Below are positions 53,301-64,000 of a stretch of DNA of 64,000 bases, piece after piece (the stretch's first letter is position 1; every line of letters begins with the position of its first letter). The stretch lies in assembly GCA_013239625.1 (NCBI GenBank), contig MU053472.1:372001-436000 (forward strand), written 5' to 3'. The notes under the pieces are model-generated. The model was given only the letters and a program-made list of their open reading frames with translations, was not told where the DNA came from and did not search any database. The DNA is from Lama guanicoe (taxonomy: Eukaryota). A program made the translations under genes and the position numbers.

Positions 53301-54823
53301 AGAAGAAATTCAGGTGCGAGGTGATGATGACTCAAACAGCTGTGGAAAAGATGGAACACGGATGGATTCTGGCTGTAGTCTGGCCCCAACTTCATTTGCC
53401 TCCAGAACTGATCTAACCCGATTCACATAGTGGTTCATACTCCATTTTTAATGTCTCCTATCATTGTTCATTAAATTAAGGTCTCTAAGTCCTCCTTGCC
53501 TTTTCTAAATTACTCTCCCAGGTCTTCAGTCCACGTAAAAATGACAGTTCCTTACTTCAGACGCCAGTGGCCACAGTACCAGGTACTGTGCGTGAAATTA
53601 CAAGGGAAGTAGTCCCTGATTTGTTTAATCGGAAAGACAGTGTTGGCAAAGAGAGGCAGAGACAAAGAGCCAAGAGGCTCAAAAGGAAACACAAGGAAAC
53701 TGTGTGAAGCATTTTCAGCATAGCTCAAGTCAGTTCTCTGAAATGATAGCACATGCGTTTCTGGGTCAGATGAGATGAAGATAAACAAATCTCACTTTGG
53801 ACAAGTAACATAAGCTCTCTGAGTTTTGGTTTCCTTATCTGCAAGACGGTTATAATAAAATAATTCTTGGTCTATCTGTTTCACAGGGGCGATGTGAAGA
53901 TCAGAAACAAAATGAGAAAGCAGGTGTGAAAACACTTTGCAAACTGAGTGATAGTATGATTGAGAGAGGAGGCAGAACTTAGAGATCCTCTCTCTGCGTA
54001 GAAGAACTGTGCCCTGTAAGCCGGAGGGATAATGGTATTTCAACGTGGCACATCTTCCCACCTCCTAGGAGCCACTGTTTCAATGTCTACCTAATAGGCT
54101 TCATCTGTCAGTGTATTTCCAGTTCTGTGCAGCTTCTAAATTAATGTCCATCCCTGTTGGCAGCTCGTCTCTTTTACTTGTCATCTGTTAGGTAACTGAG
54201 CATTAAGGTGGAGCACGTTTGTAAATACAAGGACTCCATTCCCGTGATGATAGAATTGCAATATTTGACTGAGGATATACGAGCCAGAATGCCCCACTTT
54301 GAGGAGAGGTGCAAAAACCCAAATTTATGAAATGGATAACTTAGGAGATGATGCTTTGCTTTGTTACAAAATAATTTATTTTAAATAGGGAATATTAGGT
54401 ACATTGTATTTAAATGAAAATCAAACCTTAGAGGTTATTCTGTAATAATACTAGCAGGTTGAAAGGGCTGTTTAAGAGGCCTTACATACTGCTGTTGCAC
54501 ATATCTAGAAATTAGACCCTCTAGTCAAATCTCCCTTTTGTAGCTATGGAAACTGAGCACTGGAGACATTAAGTAACTTGTCAGAAATGATAATTAATAT
54601 CAGAATAAATGCTTGTTTGATGTGATTTCTCCCGTATGCCAGTTTCACATGGGGTAAACAGACCATAGGAATCACTTCACACTAAACAAATTCCAAAACA
54701 ATGACATTTTAAACATTTACATAGATTTGCCTAAGGAGAGGCTAATCCATTTTCTTGAGGTGCTGCTAAGCTCCACTTGCCTCCAAAGGTGTCAACTAGA
54801 AGTCAGTGCCTACCTCCAGCTCA

Positions 54824-55144
<321 letters not shown>

Positions 55145-55416
55145 TCACCCGCTTCCATTCATGGCCCCACTGCTGGACTTTCTTCTCTTTTTCATCCACT
55201 TTGTCCTCAGCATGTGTCTATGGTACTGAATACAGAAGCCCTGCCTTTCCTCCATCCCACCTTGGTCCCGTGAAGATCAGTGACTGCGGTGAATTCAGCC
55301 CAGAGAAGTGCTCACAGATGCTCTCCTCTTATGTAGAGGGGCTGCAGTGCTGCCTCCTCCTCTTTCTTCACCCGGCTCTTTGATTTATGTAGTCATGCCT
55401 TACGTAACAACAGTTA

Positions 55417-55803
<387 letters not shown>

Positions 55804-58800
55804 TCAAGGTATATACAGGTGTCCATTAGCCTAGTATAAAGTAAACTGGGTACCAGTCTATTATCATTAGGGGAAAAAAAGCTGAAAGAGTTAACTAAGT
55901 TCGTGAAAGACTAACCAACTCATTCCTTCAAACCCTGCTTATTATCTTTTCTTCCTATTCCATCTCTGTTCTCATATTAAAACTTTGGGAAGTTTATTTA
56001 GTGTAACATTGGACAAGGTATGTCTCCAGGTTTCCGTGGAAGTGTAAGTTCATAGTTATTTATGGTTTTGGACACATAATTCACAGGGTGATGTGAGTTT
56101 CCTTCGTTTGTTAAATTTGTTACTGTTGCACCTCGTGCTGTTTGGCCTTAACTCTGGTGAGCTAGTTTTAGAGATGAGGTGTTTAGGACACTTTAAAAAA
56201 ATCATGTTTTAAGTAAAGTTATCAAAGAGCAGCAGAAGGTGCCATTCCACCCCCTCACTACCCTTTCTCTCAGCCCTTCCCACCCAAGAGCATGCCTATC
56301 TATTTGGAAGTGACACTCTGAAAAAGGAAGACAACATCTTATGAGGGCTTCTGAATTTGGGAGTCTTAGGTGATGACAATATTGAAACTGTGACGGCACC
56401 TTCTAGGAAAGAAATCCATCTAACGGTGGTGAAAGGAATTTTAAAATTAGTTACATGAACAAAACAGAAGAATGCATCACATTCTCTGAAGACTTCTCAC
56501 CATGAAACAGCTATTTTGCTGGGTTGAATAAGTTGCAGTCCTGTTTAAAGGCAAGAGGATACGGGGGTGACTAGAAGGCATCACCTACTGATACTGGCTG
56601 TTATTTGTTTGACCCCCAAACGCTTTCTAGGCCTCTCTTCAGATTTCCCAGTAGACTAGACTGGAGAAGTACTTACCTTTCTTGTCAGCATCATAGGAGG
56701 TAATGATTAGGCTGAAAACCAAGATGGTATCCATGTTGGCTTAGCACATTCTCCTTGCAAAGACAGTATGCTGTGGGTCTCATAACTTGACTCTCACTGC
56801 TTTCACTGCTCTGGAACCAAGGCTGACCCTGGGAGAATCTGGCTCCACCCTAATTATTTTGCCACTTATTTCCTGAAGACCATTTTGGAGCTTACTGGCA
56901 GGAGGACCGAGTTTGCTTGTCAATGATTGATTCGGAAGGTCTTCTCCTAACTTCACTGCTGCTGCCGACATAAGGAACTGTAATTACCTGGAGGTTTCCC
57001 CGGAAGAAAGCACATGAACATCCAGTGAGATGCTTTACAAATACTTGCGGATAGACACGTGGACATTCACTTGCATGTTCACTGACTCAAGCATGTCGGT
57101 TTATACACCGTTACAAAGAGATGGAGAGATTTCCATTAAGGAAAGTGATTTCTTGACTAGAGTAGAAAACCAGGATTGAGTGAGTCAGTAAGTCACATGG
57201 GAGAGGGCACTGGACTCGGCATCAACAGAACTGGGTTCTCGTTCGGGCCCTGTTGTTAAGTGTATCATCATAAGAAAATTGCCTGACTCCTCCGGACCTC
57301 AATTTTTCTCCTCTGTAAATGGAGAGTTCCGACCCAGTGACCTCTAGAATTCATTTGCTTTTCTATGCATAAACTTACATTAGCACAGACATACTTGTCT
57401 GGTTTTGCACATTTTCACACTCCTGAATAGTGAAGTGGGTGTAGGTAGACCACGTTCCTACAATGGTTGGGCTGAGAGGTCATGAGGATGAGCAGAAGAC
57501 GCCAGGTGAGGGATCCTGTCTGCAGTTTGGGAGGGCTTTCCTAGACAGGTAACAGCTTGTAGAACTTTTTTCTAAAATTGTGTCTTTTAGTAAAGATAGG
57601 ACATCTCATCTAATACTCAGCTGACTTTGTGATAGCACAGCTAGGTGCATCACAAGGCAGAAGTGAAGATCTCCTCAGACCCTCTGCCTAAGGCCAGAGC
57701 CTCTGTGGTCTCTCTGCCCGCTGTGAACGTGCTCCACTGGCACCACCATCGGTCTGGCTATGCCTAAGAAGGTTCTCGAGGCTGATGCTCTGATAATAGA
57801 CCCACAACTGTTTCTCTACTACTTGATTCAAGGGACTTTCCATGAGGGAGTGCCTGAGATGTAAGTCAAATCATACTTTAACTATTGCCCTGTTACCTGA
57901 CATTTTAGTTCAGGTTGAAATCTGGCTAAGTGGAGCATCAAGGGAAATCTTGGTGGGAAACAGGAAGGAGAGAGAGATCACTGAGAGACAGCGTGTTGCC
58001 TGAGATGTGGAAGGAGGAGAGGATGTGCTGAACGTCCAGCCATGGTGCCTTCCAGCCCTTCATTCCACAAGTCTTTATTATGGGCCTACAGTGTGCCAGA
58101 CACCATTCTAGCAGTGAGCACCAGCACATCTGCATTCACGTGAAACGATGGGAAGCAGATAGTAAACGTGGTTGAGAATAAAATAATACAGATGGCTAAT
58201 AAATGATATATAACTACACATGCAAGAGAATTAAAGGTTGTGATCATTGTCACAAAGCAGCAAACAGGGTGATGAGGTGAAGGAGCCCTGGCAGAGGCCA
58301 CTTTAAGTAGGGTGGTCATGGAGGACTTCTCTGAGGAGGTGACATTTGAGCTAAGAGAACCAGGGGAGTTGGTGTCCTCGAAGCCAAGAAAGGAGAGTAT
58401 TTCCAGGAAGGGATGGTCAGCAGGTTGACTGCTGAGAAATGTGTCTAGTGAGGACAGAACGTCCACTGGACTTGGCAGTTCTGCGAGAGCAGTTCCACTG
58501 GAGTCGGGGAAGTAGGAGGAGCTGAGAGGGAACTGGAGGTGATGAAGTGTAGGGCATCTTTCTAAGACATTTTGCTATGGAAAGGAGCCAAGAAGTGAAG
58601 CCAGCCGAGTAGAAGGAACATACATGCCTCAAATCTTCATGGTCCAGGGCAGCGTTGTCTTGTCGCTTTTTCCTTCTGCAGTTGCCTGATTCTCAGCAGG
58701 GCGAGGTGGGTGGAGAATAAGGGGACTCCATTACCTTTCCTAGGTTTCATGATTTTTGCTTACTATTTCCTTAACATGATGGCTTGGTTCTCTCCTCCCT

Positions 58801-59469
58801 TTTGGTATCAGACATTTCCCCCTTTTGCTCTGTCTGAAGTTTTCTATAGACTAGTTTCTGGATGCGATGCCATGTTACAGCGCTGCCACCTTGCAACCGG
58901 GGAGGGAAAGGCTCTGAGCGCTAGTCTCATCGTGTGTCACAAGGGGGCAGAAGAGCTCACTCTTCCCGAAAGAGACCTTGTGCTTGGACAAAGACAAGCA
59001 AGAGTTTTCTCTGGCCGATCTCAGGCCCTTCCCAAAAGTCAGCCTGCATGTCAGTCAGAGCAGCTACACTGTGGGGTACTGAGAAGCGAGAGAGCTTCGT
59101 TAACGAGTCAAAATATCTAGTTTTAGAAAAATAGACCCAGAACTGTTTCTCTACCACTTGACATTTTGACTGGTTTTCTAAGTGTTTGCCGTCTTTGTGG
59201 AGGAGAGAATTTCTGTTCTGATCTCATTTCCCCACAACGAAACTTTCAAATTTAGGAGCGAAGAAAGCTGTGAGTTTTATGGTGTGTGCAGATGAAAGAT
59301 GTGACTCTGGAAGATAGTAGGAAACCCCAACTGACAGGTGAAGCAGGGTGAGTCTGTGGGAGGAGCGCTTGACAAGAAGCCAGGAGGCCTACCTCGGTTC
59401 TAGATCTGGGCTCTGCAGTTGATAGAATCACTTTGTCACTTACCTTCTCTGGCCTCTGTTCCAGTTTCT

Positions 59470-59573
59470 TTCCTTCTCTCCTTTCTTTCTGTTAATGGAG
59501 GTACTGGGAATTGAACCCAGGACCTTGTGCATGCTAAACATGCACTCTACTACTGAGCTATACCCCCCCACCC
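59470..59573 (-). mobile_element. tRNA-derived camelid-type SINE
   Basis: SINE core; degenerate TSD CTGTT(C/T)CAGTTTCTTT. Confidence 0.85.
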
Positions 59574-59762
59574 CTGTTTCAGTTTCTTTAATGAGGTTGG
59601 ACGAGACGGTTTTGAAGGCCTCTTCCAACTCTAAAATGATTATTTCAATGCCGTGCTCTGCTGCCCTTTCTTTTAAGGGTGTGTTTTTTTTTTATTTGTT
59701 TGTTTGGCTTCATTTTAAATTCTTTTATTGTGGAATGTGGCATACATGTAGAAGAGTATATA

Positions 59763-61459
59763 GAATCCTTTACCCTTACTTGGGAGGGAGCAAGTAAACA
59801 GGAGAAGTGGCTGTGGCCTGAGCATCTGAGAACCAATCAGAGGGTTGGCACTGCGAGGGTTTGCCCGGCCCTGCTCAGCCCCTTGGTTGTACCACGCTGA
59901 AAAGGCAACTTGGCCCCTTTGGGACAACAGGAACTTTCATCTCCTGCAGATGGGAGTGTAAATGGGGACAGCCTGTTAGAAAACAGCTTGGCGTTAATCA
60001 GTGAAGCTGAATATACCCTGCATACCCTGCAACCCAGCTCCCACCTCTGGATTTATACCCTGGAAGAACTTCCACATGTGCCCCAGGAGCATTGTTCATT
60101 ACGGGCCCAAACTTGAAACAATCTAGTGTCTCTCAGCAGTAGAATGGATATAATAATACAATGAAATATTATAAAACAGTGAGAATGAACAAACTATTGC
60201 TATGTGAAACAGCATGGATGAATTTTACAGACATAATGTTGAGTAAATACATAAATAAATAAATAAATAAATAAATAAAGCAAGCCAGGCACAAAAGAAT
60301 GTGTTTCCTGTTATATAGAGTTCAAAAATAGGCAAAACTCATTTATGGTGGTAAAAATCTGGGTAGTGGTTACTGACTGTCTATTTTACTGACTATCTAT
60401 TTTAAAAATAATAACAACAATGTGAACATCATGTAATTATCACCCAAAGTAAGGAACTGAGCATTGCCAAGATCTTAGAAGCTCTTTATATGTCTATCCC
60501 TTTGGTCACATTCCTTTCCCTTCTCCCAATTCTTATTTTCCCATGCTTTTGATTTTTATTTATTTTTATTTTCTCAAGTCTATACGTTTAGTTGCAGTCA
60601 GAGAAAAAGGAAGTGATATACATAGAGAATGAGAGAAGGATTTATGTAATCTCTTAGGGGGAGAATGTGATATTTTACAATTGAATTTCTATTAATGCTT
60701 TTTTCCCATGCCTTTAAAGACAGTGAACTATCTGTACATGTTATCACTAAAAACAATTTTTAAAATTCTATCTGCTCTTGAACTTATATAAATGGATTTT
60801 AAAGTGAATTTTTTATTACATGTAACACAAAGTGGATGCATCTCTCTTTACATCATCTCCTAGTCACTTCCCACAGTGAGTAAGTATTACCCAGATTTTT
60901 ACCACCACAAATGAGTTTTGCCTATTTTTGAACTTTATGTAACAGGAAACACATTCTTTTGTGCCTGGCTTGTTTTTGCTCAACATTATGTCTGTAAAAT
61001 TCATCCATGCTGTTTCACATAGCAATAGTTTGTTCATTCTCACTGTTTTATAATATTTCATTGTATTATTATATCCATTCTACTGCTGAGAGACACTAGA
61101 TTGTTTCAAGTTTGGGCCCGTAATGAACAATGCTCCTGGGGCACATGTGGAAGTTCTTCCAGGGTATAAATCCAGAGGTGGGAGCTGGGTTGCAGGGTAT
61201 GCAGGGTATATTCAGCTTCACTGATTAACGCCAAGCTGTTTTCTAACAGGCTGTCCCCATTTACACTCCCATCTGCAGGAGATGAAAGTTCCTGTTGTCC
61301 CAAAGGGGCCAAGTTGCCTTTTCAGCGTGGTACAACCAAGGGGCTGAGCAGGGCCGGGCAAACCCTCGCAGTGCCAACCCTCTGATTGGTTCTCAGATGC
61401 TCAGGCCACAGCCACTTCTCCTGTTTACTTGCTCCCTCCCAAGTAAGGGTAAAGGATTC
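59763..61459. repeat. Long inverted repeat: arms 59763-60380 and 60873-61459, 492-bp spacer
   Basis: Base-by-base comparison shows 59763-60243 is the exact reverse complement of 60979-61459. ORFs 59910..60116(+) and 61106..61312(-) are identical. Confidence 0.97.
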
Positions 61460-64000
61460 AGATTAACCCTAGGTCCCAGATCACATGCTCTGTTACCCTG
61501 GGACTGTTGCTCGGAGTGGGATGGGGTGGTGAGTTTAATAACGTAAATCATTGCTGAATCAAGGGAGTATACAGAGGATATTTCATTCTTATATGGAGCA
61601 CTAGTGGGAAACAGAAAGAGGCACAGAGAGAAAAGGGGAAGTAATATTTTCAGTGTGTCTACCATATTCCAGGTTTTGTGTTCGAAACTCAACATTTTGG
61701 TTATCACATCTAATCCAAAACACAACCTTACAAGGTAGGTATTGTATTTCAGTTTTGTTGAGAAGAAAACTGAGGCTCAGAAAGGGGGTCATTTGCTCAA
61801 GGTCCTGGAGCTAATTAGTGACAGAGCCAGGATTTAGAGCCTGGTCTACCCGATTAAAGAGCTCAAGCTCTCCACAGTGCAGAAGCTAGAGAAGGCAATG
61901 CCCCTGCTGCTCTGTTGGCTAAGATCGCCAACACCAAGACCCACTTCTTCTCGGGTCTGCGTGCTGTATTCACCCGCAGAACTGTGCTAGTCAATTGAGA
62001 TGACTACCTCATTCACTGATTTAAATTGTATTTTATTTTCATTCATTTCTTTGGTTTCCTCTATCCTTTCTTCTTCCTTTTCGTTTCATAAAGAAATTGG
62101 GGCACATCAGCACAGCAGGGCCACTGGTAAGACTTGTGCTGAGGAGATAGCTTTCTACCTGCTAGTCTAGCATTTTAACCAGAGGTGAGATTTAAAAAGC
62201 CAGGGACACTGAAATCTTCTGGTCCAAGTTATGATATAGGAGAACCTTAAAACTGAAGGAATGAAAAAGATGAGAAGAAGTTGAGCAGTGGCTCAGTTTT
62301 CCTTAAAAGTAAAGACTCTACAAAAATTATTAGTGTTGTATTTTATTATTTACTGTGTTTCATATATAATAATAGCAGTGGAGAGTGAGGATGTTTGTTT
62401 GGGGTAGACAGGGGAGGCCTAAACATGTAGCAGGAAAAAGCAGAGTCAGACCTGGGAGAAAGGCTGGAGAAGCCTGAAGGGAGGGTGAGGGCAGGGGAAG
62501 GGAGTGATCTCCAGGAGCACTGATGGGCTTGCAGGAGAGGAGAAGATTGTAAAGCTGGGCAATATGAAATGTCAGAATCCCAGGAGTGGACAAGGCCTGA
62601 ACAAGTCATCTTGTCCACTTTCGCACCTTCATATAAAAAGTGCCTTTAAACTTTCTCTAGGTTTGTAGTTGTGAGGTATATAGGACTTAGAAAGGGATTA
62701 AAAAAAAAAAGATACTGGAGGTGTCATGTAAGAAGCAGCTAAGCTTTGGTGACTGCCAGTTACAGATTGTACAGATAGAGACTGGAAGTGTCTGGGATTG
62801 GTTAACAAGGAGGGAGGGAGAGCTGAAATGCCTTGTGAAAACCCAAGTGTCCATGTGAAAACATTGTGGGGAGTTCCTTCCCCCATGAACACTGTCCTTC
62901 ATTGTGAAATCCTACCTTTCATCATCAGGACCAGACTTATAAAGTGGCCTCCCTGAGGACATTTTCTGACCTTGTTGTGTGAAGTTCCCTCAGGCTCTTA
63001 ACTGGACAAACCTGAATGGTGGAGCAGAGCAAAAGAACACAGCCTTCATGTCTTTTTCCCTTATCTCATGACTGAAGCCTCAGTTCTGGTCAAGGCACTT
63101 TCTTGATGAAGTCTGTCCATCTGTAAAGCAGCTAAGTATCCTACTGGAGGATTTGCCTCCCAGAAGCGACGTGGAAACGGACAAGCAAGTGTCTGGAGCA
63201 CAGTGAGAAGTACAGAGCTGGTCTTTATTTCAGTCAAGGAAGCCTTTACTAATATCTCGACCTAGCTATCGAGGGGAGGACCAAACTATAAGAAATACTC
63301 TCCACTTTTACGATTATGAAAATTTAGCCGGGGAGAGCTAAAACCAACAAACACACACACATACACACACACAAACTTTCGCCTAATAAATAACTTCACA
63401 GCTGAACCACGTGGTGGTGGCCAGATTGCTACAAGAATTCAGAGGAAAGATAAATCAGGAGAACCTGGAGAAATAAAAGAGATTCTTAGAGAAAATAGGA
63501 CTCCCAAGGACTAGAAAAATTCAGAAAATTAGGAAGGAGGAAGAAGAAGTTTGCCAGCATAAGAAAAGGTAAGAATAAGCATGGCAAGGACTAGAAACCA
63601 GATTCGAAAATATGTTATATAGTGGGGGCCTGTGAGAAATAACATCCCAGTATATCCTCTATCCTCTGTCCCAAAGGTTGGTCACTGACTTTGTCACTTA
63701 AGGAATTTGGATCCATGGCCAGACAGCCAGCAGGACAGGGTGCTCTTCATGGGTCCATTTTCTATTAAGGTACTTTCTTTCCTCCCTTGGTTCAACTTAG
63801 GCCTGATCTGATGGACCTTCCTGCATAGGAAATGCAGGTGTAGGACGCATTGCTCTTTAACAGAGACACTGGCGGCAAAGGGGGGAACAATGATAAATCC
63901 TAAACTATTGTTCTTAAACTTCAGGGTAAATTATTACTGCTTTAAAAAAAAGTCTGCAGTGGGGCTGGGAACCTGTATTATTATTTTTTTAATAAGTATT

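Noticed and set aside
59910..61312. Two identical 68-aa ORFs suggesting a duplicated small gene
   Set aside because: TTG starts, derived from decayed L1 ORF2; identity is simply due to the inverted repeat.

Overview
Mammalian genomic DNA, most likely a camelid (inferred from about nine copies of a short tRNA-derived SINE resembling vic-1). The window is the TADA2A / ACACA / C17orf78 locus. TADA2A runs on the minus strand: 11 coding exons (exons 2-12, 28609 down to 1317) all have canonical GT-AG sites and a continuous frame, and the 3' exons lie beyond the window start. A CpG island at about 32.3-33.3 kb is the head-to-head promoter shared with ACACA, whose distal first exon (MWWSTLMSILRAR, 33280-33317) is on the plus strand. 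The rest of the window is the long ACACA first intron. Nested antisense in it is a 7-exon C17orf78 orthologue (56734 down to 47658) with three apparent disabling lesions. Main leads: (1) probable C17orf78 pseudogenisation; (2) a 1.7 kb inverted duplication (59763-61459) whose outer 481 bp are 100% identical although built partly from an ancient decayed L1; (3) inverted SINEs bracketing TADA2A exons 5-7, predicting a 339-nt stop-free circular RNA; (4) two retroposed mRNA-3'-end-like inserts; (5) a uORF cluster over the ACACA long-isoform start. Gene and repeat-family names come from my recall of the orthologous proteins and consensus sequences, not from a database search. Most ORFs in the supplied track are spurious.
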